Origin: Sminthopsis crassicaudata
Lineage: Eukaryota
Length of the DNA stretch: 64,000 bases
Assembly: GCF_048593235.1 (NCBI RefSeq)
Contig: NC_133619.1
Span: 227,492,454-227,556,453 of the forward strand
Reading direction: 5' to 3'
A program made the translations under genes and the position numbers. The notes under the pieces were generated by a model. The model worked only from the letters and a program-made list of their open reading frames with translations, was not told the origin of the DNA and made no database searches. Positions 52,066 to 64,000 of this stretch are shown in pieces. The stretch's first letter is position 1. The number at the start of each line of letters is the position of its first letter.

Positions 52066-53773
52066 CTGGTACATAGCAGGCATCGAATTGATTGATGAAG
52101 GATACTAAAATTAACGACTTATCCTGTGCAAATTTAATAAAAAAAAAAATTCTAATTTGCCATATTTGAAGTCATATTTGAGAAACATGTTTTCCTTTTA
52201 TATAAATCATATCTGTAGAAGAAATTGATAATTGATACATTAAGTTTCCAGATGTATATACTAAAGAGAGTATTTGGATGGGAGACAGTAAATCTAGATT
52301 CTAATGATAACTCTACTTCTGACTAGCTATCTGACTTAAGGAAAGTAATTTTACTTTTGCTATACTTTAGAATAACGAAATTGAACTAAATGTTCTCTAA
52401 AATTTTTTCTGGATATGTTTTATAAGTTGAAATGTTACATCTTGGTACTTATGGGCTATAAGAATTTGTGTCCCTTTTACATGCATTTGACCATTATGAG
52501 ACAAGGGAAATCATTCTAGAATTCATGACATTTGGAAGGGAAATTGATTCAATACTATATCTAAATAGTAACTATAGATCATTAGACTACATTAAAAGTC
52601 TGGTTTTTTGGTATAAAAGTAGATGTGATAGTATGCATTCTCTGGCATGTGATTTTGGACACAACTCATGGAAAGAATAACATCTCTCTACTGAACTAGC
52701 AATGTTTATTTTTGATAATGATATTTGAATATAAGCCATGTAATATTTTGTTAAATGGGGGAAAATTCCTTCCTTGTTTTCTTCAAAACTGTTAATTGAT
52801 GAAGTCATACCCTTGAAATCTTATTAGTGATAGTAATTTATTTGTTATTTAATATCAGAGACCTAGAATGGACTTTTAGCTAAATCATGATAGTAGAAAT
52901 TTAGTGAATTATATTGTTCAAAATTATTATTCTGGAGATTGTAAGAAAGGAGCTACTTATGTCATTGACTAAAAAATCATAGTCTTTTAGGGAACACCAC
53001 CTTCTTATGTCATATGTCCAGCTTCAAACAGAATATAAAAATAAAAAAGACAGCTTGTCAGAAGGGACAAGGAAGTCCTTCACAAAACAAGTTAGAATCA
53101 AATAAATACTGCTGATCAATGGAATAGCACTGTGCATACAGATTGTAGTCTATCTCTAGTGCCTGGATTAGTGCCTATTGCTCAATAGATGCTTAATAAT
53201 ATGTTGAATTGAAATATTCATTTCACAATATTACATGTTAATGCTAAATTTAATTTTAATTTTTTCAAGAGTAAATGTCATAAAAGTTGTCATAAAAGAA
53301 TAAAAGATTCTATATATAACAAGCATAAAATCCAAGTGATGAAAAGAGCTTTAAAGATCATTCAATCTTTTGGTTACCAAATACTTGTCTTCATACCATT
53401 GCTTATTCTTAGTGGTGTTTCATTAGGAAAAATATTACGATCCAGGGCCCTGCCTTCCTAAAACCCCAGAGTCAAAGAGTTTTAGATATTTCTGTATTTT
53501 AATATCAGAGGTGGGATTTGTACCAAGATTTTCTTTATTCTAAGCTCAGCAACTCCATTTCCTTTGTTATACTTATTTTATATGTGAGGAGATTGAGGAT
53601 CAGATAAATTGAATGACTGATTAGTTGCAAGTGTGATTTTAGAACTCAGGTTCTTCATGCCATATATTTAATACCCTACTTGATCATGTTGATGGTATTC
53701 ATTTCAAGAAGACCATAAATAGGACCATTTTAGGACATTATTGTTATAAGGCACTCACAATGAGGGAACTTCC

Positions 53774-54068
53774 TCCACCACAGAAGATTCATAGCTATTC
53801 TTTAATTTGTCATCTTAAAGACTTGACTGAGATTAATCATTAAATATTTAACTCAGGATTACTAAGCAGAGATAAAACTTAAATGAAGTCCACCTGACTC
53901 AAAGTTCTTTTCTTTATCCACCACAGAAGATTCATAGCTATTCTTTAATTTGTCATCTTAAAGACTTGACTGAGATTAATCATTAAATATTTAACTCAGG
54001 ATTACTAAGCAGAGATAAAACTTAAATGAAGTCCACCTGACTCAAAGTTCTTTTCTTTATCCACCACA
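53774..54068. repeat. Perfect tandem duplication, 2 x 143 bp plus 9 bp
   Basis: Units start at 53774 and 53917 and are identical base for base; tccaccaca recurs at 54060. Confidence 0.97.
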
Positions 54069-54598
54069 TTTAAGTATAATATAAATAATTATAGGCCAAA
54101 TGCTAATAAATTTTGATGTATCACCATTAAATGGTAGAAAACTTAATTTACAAATCAAGTATTTATTTTTATCTTTAACAAATATATTAGAATTTTCCTG
54201 ACAGGCTCCATTTCACATCTAATAGACTACTAAAATCTCTTTTAGGATAATGGTAGGATTTATTTTTATTTGAATAGTAATTTCTGTTCCATATCACTCT
54301 TTATAAATATATTTATTTTTGGCCTTACAACAATCATATGACTTTAATATTTAAGAAAATATTTTTAATCTTTAATAAAATATTATCTCCATTTTAAAGA
54401 TGAAGAAGCTGCAGAGATCAAAGTTTGTTAGGACCTACCTACCAGCCTGGAAAACTTCAAATGCAAACTAAATTGCAGAGGCTAAACATTAGAAAGTTGG
54501 CCATTTGCCACAACAACTCAGGATGATCATTTGCGAAGGCATGGAAGAGTAGCACTTTGCATCAATGGTGGTATTAATCTCATTGATCAATCAATCAG

Positions 54599-54740
54599 TT
54601 TTTTTTTTTTTTTTCAATTCCCGAGGCAATTAGTGTTAAGTGACTTGCCCAATGTTCAAAGTCAGATTTGAACTCAAGTGAACTCAGGTCCTTCTGACTT
54701 TAGGGCAAATGCTTTATCTACTATGCCAGCCAGCTGCCCC
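54599..54740 (-). mobile_element. Diverged CORE-SINE (WSINE1/MIR-like)
   Basis: Poly-T, gaggcaattagtgttaagtgacttgccca...gatttgaactca...cagctgcccc. Confidence 0.75.
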
Positions 54741-56589
54741 TATATCATGAAGACTTGAAATATTGTAGTACAAATTCCAAAAATTCATATATGTTACACT
54801 GAATACACACTATAGAATAAGTGGCTGATTTAAATGTAATAAATTATAATGTGAGGAGAATAAAGAGATGATGATGTGTTTTGAAGGAAGAAAAATACTC
54901 CACTGTATTTAAAGTCAAAAGACTTCCAATCATAACTGCTTAAAACACAGAGAGATAATATAGTAGAAACAGTGCAAGGTTTGGAGCCAGGAAGACTTGA
55001 GTTCAAATCTAGCATCAAACATTTATTTTGTAACCTTGGGCAAATTCCTTATGGATGTTTTGAGAATCAAATAAAATTGTATACACACATATGCCATGTA
55101 TATTTACACATGTTGCTTATTACATATGTACTATAAACATTATATATGTACGTATATCTACATATCTAGACAGTGTCTGGTACATAGTAGGTACTTAATA
55201 AATATTTGTTTTCTCCATTATTTCCTATTTGAACTTGGGCCATCAACTATTCAACTAAAAAACATTTACAAAGCACATACTAATGCTAGACATTATGCTA
55301 TGTTCTAGAGATGCCAAGACAAAAATGAGATAATTTCTACTCTCACAGAGCTTATATTCTGAGAGGAAAATTATTGAATTACTTTGTGCCTTAGTTTCCT
55401 TATTTCTAAACTGAAAGTATTGTATTAAATAATCTTTAAAGCCTGAGATTTAAGTGATAGCTTTCAATATTGAGAATTTAAAAAAAAAAAAAAAAACAAC
55501 TTGGGTAATCAAACCACATCCATATCTGGTTTGGGCTAATTGTTCCATTACTTTATAGATGTAGACTATGTTTAATATTAAAAAAACAAACAAACAAACA
55601 GTAGGTTAATGCTACCTTCTTTTATACTAGATTTCTTGGCTCTCACTTATTTTTTTAAAACTATTTTAGAACATTTTTCTTATCATGTTGTTAGAACTAC
55701 ACTTAAAAAATTCTTCAGCAGAAGATAGATTTTAGAAACCTAATTTGTCCAAGAATAATGAAAAAGCCTCATAATTTACATAATGAAAAGCATATCAAGT
55801 AGTGATTGGATGTACACATCTGGTTATGAAGTTGATGATATGTGTTGTACAAAAGTAGACTCTAATGAACTTGTACCAGCTTTAGTTGTTTGTGCTGCTG
55901 GGATCCATCTGCACACAATTACATACACCAGAGAGGTTGAGTTACTTCCAATCAAGTGAATCCAACTAACCCTAATGCAAAGCAGATGGAAGCTTTCTTA
56001 ACATGCAAATTGCAGGATTATTGTACATCATAATTAAAGAGAGATTTTTAAATGAAGAAATTTGAACTGACATAGCCCATGATGCTCATTACATTAGATT
56101 AAGGCTGTTGGTTGCTGAATGATATCCAAGATTAAAACCTTTTAGAAGAGGATTTGGACCCTGGGATTTACTGCTGATGAGTTCAGATTTCTTCACCAGC
56201 TACAGTATTTATTATAGTTTTATTTACTGTAAAAGATTATTGCATTGGAGTGCCATGGGGAATGGTCTATTTCTAGAATGCAGAGATGGTTCTTTGTGAG
56301 TTGAAGAAAGCGATCAGTCTTCTTATTTTTTCTCTGTTAAAAATTTGTCAGAAGTAAAGCATATTAATCACATAAATTACTCTCTATCCCTTAATTTGTA
56401 CTACCCATTTTCTTACATGATGAAGTTCTATTCCCTGTAACTCCTAACGTAACCCCCCACTTGATATCATACTGACAAAAGAGGAATTGGTTTATACTTG
56501 GAGAAAAGAGGAATTGGGATCCGAGGACAAGGGGAAGAAGATGAAAGTAGTCTTTAAAGCTTTCTTTCAGGTTTTGCATATGGAAGAAG

Positions 56590-56790
56590 GATCCAGTTCC
56601 TCAGGCTTGGTCCTTGATTAGACACCTAAGGATCAATGGGTTAAAGATGCAAAGAGACACATTTAGGCTTGAATTCAGGAAAAAGTAGCTTAAAATGGAA
56701 TGGGCTGTCTCAAAAATTGTATGGCTTTCTCCTCATTACACATCTTTAAACAAATACTTATTGGGAATGTTGTTTTATTTCTTATTTAGT
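56590..56790 (+). mobile_element. CR1/L3 3' fragment
   Basis: ggatcaatgggttaaagatgcaaagagacacatttaggcttgaattcaggaaaaa...aaatggaatgggctg. Confidence 0.65.
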
Positions 56791-56804
56791 TATGGATAGG
56801 GATA

Positions 56805-56960
56805 TGCTGGAGCCAATTCATATTATAACAATCACCTTATAATCCTATTGTTAAATTTTTTTCATGTATTTATATTTCAGAATTTGACAAAAAGCACCAA
56901 ACATGATTTAATCATTTTGTTGACTGTCCAGACCTAACAACTAATTAGCCAATTACATGT
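56805..56960. mobile_element. Possible non-autonomous hAT-type DNA transposon remnant
   Basis: gggatatgctggagccaattc...attgttaaatttt resembles the ends of mammalian hAT MITEs as recalled; not verified. Confidence 0.3.
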
Positions 56961-57539
56961 TGATTTTCTGCAGTCTCTTTAATCAATATTTCATTTCATT
57001 CTAATCTTTTACCCATATATATCTTGTTTTCTAGAACAGTAATTCACAAACATTTTTATTCAAAAGATATTATTAAGAAATTGAATGTAAACTGAGAATT
57101 ATGTTTCATATTGGCAGCATTTTAAGTCTATCAGTAGAATCTTAAGAAGTAATAGTACACTCTCTTCCTGAACATTAACTTATGTGAACTCATTATTAAT
57201 CTGCACTAAGACAACTGGAAACAATAGTTGTCAAAAGCAATCCTACTATTAAAAAATGACCCCTGAGAAAGAGTGGCTGTCGAGATACTACTATTTCAGA
57301 TTTATGAATCAGTTCAATATTTTAAAAACAATGAGTAAAGCAAAGGGTTTACCATGACATAGACTGAGCTTTGTGTCAGATACTTTAAATAATAAAATAT
57401 TGATATTTGGAGATCACTTTTATTAGGGGAATTGACTATCATTTGATTTAAGATTAGCTCTTTCTTAGCTCTTACCTTTAACATGTTTTCCTCTTTAAAT
57501 GCTCACCTTAACTAAAGTCACACAGATTGTTTTAATTGA

Positions 57540-57821
<282 letters not shown>

Positions 57822-59049
57822 TGAGGGGAGAGAGACAACACTTACTATTCACATAAAACCTCAATTTGCTTCTCTTCATTCAAGGTACTTCTTACTATAG
57901 ATGTAATTGATATCACATGCTGAAGGAGTAATACATGGAATCAAAGGAAGAGATAATATTGAAGAATGGAAAAAAAAAAAACAAAACTTAAATGCTAGTT
58001 TAATTCTTTATGTTGTGGTAGATGGAATTAGAGTTAGAAGACCTGAATTTGGGCCTTGAATTGTAGGATCTCAATCTAATTAGGGCTGAAAGAGAATTTA
58101 GATATTCTATCCTTTACATTTGAGTTAACTGAGATCCAGGATAATTTGGGTGACTTACCCAACATCATGCAGATAGAAATGACAGGAGCAGGATTTAAAT
58201 CTGTAAAGACAGTCCTAACTCTGTGACTGTGGGGCCACTTCCCTCCCTTTTGTAGGCCTTGATCTTTTCATCTGTAAAATGAGAAAATGGAACTGAGATA
58301 CTTTAAAGTATCTTCCTGATCTGTAAAATTATGTTTCTGTGACAAAACTGTAAAAGGATAGTATCTGAATAGCAGCAATTATTGCCTCTAAGAGCCATGT
58401 TACCTTAAAAGTCAAATTGAAACCTACAGTACAAGATTGGTTGGACTAGTGAATTTAAATTTGGTAATTTGTCTTATAACTCTTTCATTTCTGTTCATTT
58501 ATACTCTTCTCACCCCAGAGGATCTGAGATGAATGAGTGTGAGATGCATATTCCCAAACTACTTAATGTGAAGCAGCCAACAGATCATAAATCTCGACTA
58601 AGTACTTTCCTTGTTTCTGCATGTTTCTTAAAGTATCGATGGCCCACCTGGATGGCAGTGCTCCAGACGTTTATCTTAATATCGCTTCCTTGTTTTTCCC
58701 CCCTTGTTGATGAGGAAAGCAAAATAATTTTTCCCCTTAATGTTGTTAAATGGGCTACCAGCTGTGTGAAAATAAATGGAAGGGAAAAAAAATACATTTT
58801 GAATATGGAGCTGATTCATGATTTTTTTTCACAGCTAGAGTGAATTCTCTGCACTTATTCCTATAGATTATTTTTAAAGTTCTCTTCAAATTTTAGTTGG
58901 TAGTGCAGGTTTTTTTTTCTGTCTCCTCTAATAACTATAGAAAGATTTTTGATATGAATTTTTTAAACGAACAAGTTTCTTTGCTCAAAAACATTATATT
59001 TGAAAAATACGGGATAAATACTTTTAGTATTTAACATCTACAAAAGAGA

Positions 59050-59660
59050 GAAAATGGCTGAAAGCTATCTATTCCAACTCATATGCCCAAGATAATACTC
59101 ATTCAAAATATCTTACAAGTTATCTGTTAGGCTTATAGACTTTCTATGAATGAAAACTAACTACTTTCCTAAGTCAGTCTATTATATAGCCTAAATTTAC
59201 TTTTGTGTGTAACTTCATCCATTGGTTTTAGTTTTGCCCTCTGGGTTCAAATAAAACAAATCTCATCCCTTTTCATGGCTGCAACATCTCTCTTAAATTT
59301 GTAGAATAAATATTTTTAGTTGCCTCAATTGATCCTCATATGACATGGATTAAATAAAGGTCCTTCACAATTTTGATTGTCTTCTTCTGGAAATACTACA
59401 ACTCATTAATGTTCTTTCTAAATTCTGCTATGAAGAACTGTCTGTAAAACTCCAATTGTGTTCTCACAAAGGCATTGCATATTGAGGCTTGACTATTTCT
59501 GGTCACTATCTCTAAATTGCCCTTAATTTTATTAGCTTATTTGGCTGTTCTATTTTTATTGTGGATTTAGTGATCATTCAGTACACTAAAAACTCTGATA
59601 CATTGTTTCAGACAAACTACTTTCTAACCTTGCTTTTGTATCTTGAACTTGTTTATCTAT
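59050..59660 (-). mobile_element. CR1/L3 fragment
   Basis: cttcatccattggttttagttttgccctctggg...tcctcatatgacatgg...cttcttctggaaatact is reverse-strand CR1 ORF2 3' sequence. Confidence 0.7.
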
Positions 59661-60443
59661 GTGTATGCAAGTGATATCTGTAGATAGTGTACATCCATAC
59701 ATGCATTTATTGACACTTCTCTAGCTTCAAGTTGTATTCAGGAAAGATAAAATCTCTAGTTCTGCATTCAAGTAGGAATGCCTATGTGCCCTCTTTTATC
59801 TGTGACTTCTATTGAAATAGTTAACAAATATTTTTAATAAAATTTTTAAAAGATTTTTTTGTATTTCAAAGAAATATATCTATCTTTTGGATAATTAAAC
59901 AAGTACATACCTACAAGTCAGTGGTTTTTTTATATCATGGATTTATTTGGCAGTTTGATGAAAACTATATTCCTTAGACTTTTTTTCAACACATAAAATA
60001 AAATAAATAGGAATACAAAGGAATATAATTATAAGATTTTAAAAAGAGGTTAAAGGTCTCAGATTAAGAATCCCTGCTACAAATGAATGCTCTTAGGAAC
60101 CAGACATAGTTGAAAACCACTGCCAACCAAATTGATTTCTTGAAATTCAAATGAATCCCTGGTCGTTCTTAGAAATGTAGGAATAAAATTTCAATTAAAA
60201 GTAGAACTTACATGCTTTACATAATATTTTTGCATATTCAGCTAGGGATATTTTGTGGAGGAAAAGCATAGTTAGTATCATCGATAAAGACAATGTTAAG
60301 GAGCAGACATATTGAATTATCTTAGTAATTCTTTTTTGAACTCTCTCTAGGGTAGGCTATGATTTGTAACATATTTCCTCTGTTACAACTGTGATTAGAT
60401 AAACAAAAATATAAATTCATTAGTTATCATATAGAATAAATAT

Positions 60444-60500
60444 TATATATATATATATATACATACATACATATGTATGTGTATATATATAATTATATGT
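60444..60500. repeat. (TA)n/(TACA)n/(TATG)n simple repeat
   Basis: Directly visible. Confidence 0.85.
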
Positions 60501-60998
60501 ATAGGAAAATCCACAGTTTTAAAGTTTCTGATTTTATTTTTAATAGGAAAAACTTATCTTCCAATTCATGAATTCATGCTTCTAGTCTTGTCTCCAATTT
60601 AAAAATAAATACTTTATAGATGTATCTTATGAGCATTTTTATTTAAAATAAATGAAATAACATCCAAATATTAAAAAAAAAAAACCCTTTGTTTTAGAGG
60701 TCTTGTTATGAAGCATCTATACTTCAGTGTTTTTTTTTTTTTTTTTTAACAAGTTCTTGATAAGAAGTATCAATAACATGAATTCAACTGACTCAATTTT
60801 CCCCCTGGGAAGTTCTGCAGTCCTAAGATTTCCTTTGATCTCTGACCCCAGTTTCTATAATTGAGCATGATTAGAAGTATTTACTTAGAAGGTCAAAGGT
60901 TTTACAGGTCAAGACTGAGGTGCATCAGCCAACTGGTGGGTGGATGTCTGAATAAACCCAATTGACATGCCAGAATAAAGAGTCTGTGTGTGATATGA

Positions 60999-61145
<147 letters not shown>

Positions 61146-63689
61146 TAGTGTTGATTTCCTGCCTCTGACACTCACCTTCATTTCGGGTCACATGTGGAAT
61201 TCAACTTTGTCCTCTTAGTGTTTTATGTTTATAGATTTCCAACAGGTGGGCATTCTGTATTTAGCCATTCATTTTTGCATTGGGAACACATCTATTTGAA
61301 GTTGCCATGCAAATTTCTAATGGAGGATGTTTTCTTTTATCTGTAAGGAGCTTGATAGAAATCGAAAGGAGGTTTAATGCCCAAATCTACCAACCCAAGT
61401 CTTCATTGAATAAACTAAATCTTAGAAGCAATTTCAGTGAATCAAAATGAATCAAGATTGATTTGGGAAGAATACATTTTAATTTTAGTCAGATAAACAC
61501 TCATCACTGATTTTATAACTATCCATCATTTTAATTTATATAAAAGCAATACTACCATATTATTTCCTGATTTGGATTAATAATATTATTCAGAATATAA
61601 ATTTTAAAAGTATTTTGGTCCCTTCTGTTCAATCATTTTACTTAATTCCTTATCTGTAATAATTATCTTACAAACTAGTAAACAAATTATTTTTTAATAT
61701 TACATTTAAGAATTGGCTGAAAGAAGATTTGTTTAGTCTGTTACTCTGTGGCAAGCACAAGAGAACATCAGGTCCCTTCACACAAATTCCCTGCTGCTCA
61801 ATCTATACTACCCTGAATTGATTATGCGACCATCTGGATAGGTCATCAAGATACAGTTGTTAGGCCAAATACAGCCATAGACTCAATTGTATTGTTTGTA
61901 GATTGCTCAAGACTTACCTATTTTAATTGTTCAAAATTTTTTTTCAGTGCATGCCAAATTAATAGTGAAAAGTATAATTTTAATTTGCATTACTGCAAAT
62001 AATGCTGTGCCTTAGATTATGAAAACATTTTGGCTGCCTAGTTTATAATACATTGGAGAAATCACTTGATAGGAAAAAAAAATCCTTAGGAAAGATTTTA
62101 GCATTCAGAAAACTTAATTATGTTGTTCTATGCACAGTTTCTGTCAATTACAATTATATACCATGTATATAGTACATGTATTTTACTTGTAATTGATACA
62201 ATTTAAAACTGGGGGCTTAATATAGCATGAGAGATGGATGAACTCTTTCTAAAAACAGCAACATAGAAGAATAGATATACTTTTATTCAGAAAATGTAGG
62301 AAAAGAGTGGAAATGGGAGAAATACATTTTTCAAGTAGGAAAAAGACTTTTAGTTAGATGACTACCATTAATATCAAGCAGACTTGAATGTTAGTCATTG
62401 TTTAAGAAGAATAAGTATGTGATTTAGGTGCTTTGCATAATTTATATGTAAGAGTAAAATAACTGGTTGAGATGGGGAAAATGGCAATAGAAAAATATTA
62501 TAGGACATTTTATATCTATAATGATAGATTCGATATAATCTTAACAATTCTTTAGTAAAAATTAGTATTGTCTAATTACCTGTGTGAACAATATGAACTG
62601 ATCATCATAGAACAATTCTATACCTTTGTCCATTGGAAAAGCAGCAGCAAATTATCCTGCTTTATATGCACAGAGAACCACATCTGTCACACAATGTCTT
62701 AATGATCTGGTAATGTAATGAAGGCATTATATTCTGAATTCAATAGATTTGGCAAAATGTTGCTTACCTCAGTTTAGTCCTTTGTAATTTTCTAATCTCC
62801 AACGAATTGTATGAGTAAGCACTTGTCATGTAGTATAATTTCCAGAAAACCTTTACTGCTCCAAAAATTTTTCATCAGTTTTCTGTTCTTCGTCATTCCA
62901 ATATTTGAGTTATGTTCCTTTTGCTTAAAACCCAACCCTTGTTACCTTTTAGAGTATAAGAATCTTTAAGAATTAATTTTTCATCATATGACTTTATGCC
63001 ATACAAAATAATTTATAATGTGTCATTCATGAAAATATGTTTGGATATAAAATAGGATGGAAGGGAGAAGGAAGATAATAAAATAGTTTTGTCTACTTTG
63101 TAATTTCGCTTATCATAAGCAAACAGCAAGCTAAATGCAAAATGACAAAACTAGGATCTGAAATGGATATGAATAATCTGGAGTAATAAAAATTAGATTT
63201 ATCTTTATGAAATGTTAATCCCCAATAAAAGCTTAAAAAACCCCAAGCAACCATATTGCATAGCACAGAATTGAGATAATATTGTTATATAGTAGTGACT
63301 CTGAAAAAAAAGAAAAGAGTATTTTAGTGGATCTAGGGTTAGTATGTGATACAATATGTCTGCCAAACAAAACAATCATGAAACTACATTTTTAGTATTC
63401 AGAAAAAGGGAGATGAAATTTCCTAATTCATATCAATGATCATTTCAAATCAGGTATATTGTTTTCAGGATTCAATCCCATATTTTAAAAGAATAATGCT
63501 TTAATATATGTCATGTAAATATTGTAAGAATGTTGAGGAGATTCAACACATCATTTTTAATCCAATTAAACTGGCATCTTTTTTTATTCCTCACATACCC
63601 CATGCCATCTCCTATCTTTGTGCCTTTACATAATATAAATCATTATGTAAATTCTAAATGTTATTGTTATAAAGAGAGCTACAACAACT

Positions 63690-64000
63690 TTTTTTTTTTT
63701 TAAGGTATCATAAGGTCAGAGCTATACATCAGAAGTATTAAGCAAATGTAAAAGGTTTGGGCATAGAACCTTGGAGTATGCAACAACAACTGGAAGGTTC
63801 TTATGTAACTTAAGGAAAAACTTGATGAGGGCTTGAGTTAGGATAGTTGTAATATAAATGAAAAGGAAGACATTTATCGTAGAGGCAGGATCCACAAGGC
63901 TTGGGAACTGGTTGGAATTTGAGAAAGAGAAAGAAAAGAGTTAGAGATAACTTAACATTTTAACCCTGAATACCTGGAAGAATAAGTGGAAGGATATATT
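63690..64000 (-). mobile_element. L2 fragment
   Basis: Purine-rich L2 reverse signature (ggcttgggaactggttggaatttgag...agagttagagataac...ttttaaccctgaatacctggaagaat). Confidence 0.55.

Noticed and set aside
58469-58843. 124-aa + strand ORF as a novel in-frame ANOS1 exon or separate gene
   Set aside because: Its frame is not the one joined by the acceptor at 58518, and the protein resembles nothing I recognise. It is retained only as a truncating-exon candidate.

Overview
AT-rich, strongly CpG-depleted marsupial genomic DNA with four assembly gaps. WSINE1-type CORE-SINEs and the marsupial-type L1 3' ends suggest an Australian marsupial, probably a dasyurid such as the Tasmanian devil (inference). 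The window lies inside ANOS1 (KAL1, anosmin-1) on the + strand. Three coding exons are present: 49575-49797 (WAP domain), 57568-57752 and 61014-61143 (first FnIII repeat), equivalent to human exons 4-6. Everything upstream of 49575 appears to be intron 3, because exon 3 was not found. The introns are a layered record of transposable elements: L1, HAL1-like, L2, CR1/L3, MIR, MAR1-like, WSINE1 and solo LTRs, several of them nested. The most unusual item is a heavily decayed but almost full-length Tc1-type (DDE) transposase fossil at about 16.6-17.7 kb, which the ORF track does not show. Other points of interest are a perfect 143-bp tandem duplication bounded by 9-nt microhomology, a ~3-kb L2 splitting a CR1, an inverted WSINE1 pair, and a few speculative cryptic exon or enhancer candidates. 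Repeat family names come from recalled consensus features, not from a database search. I found no evidence of a wholly new biological system.
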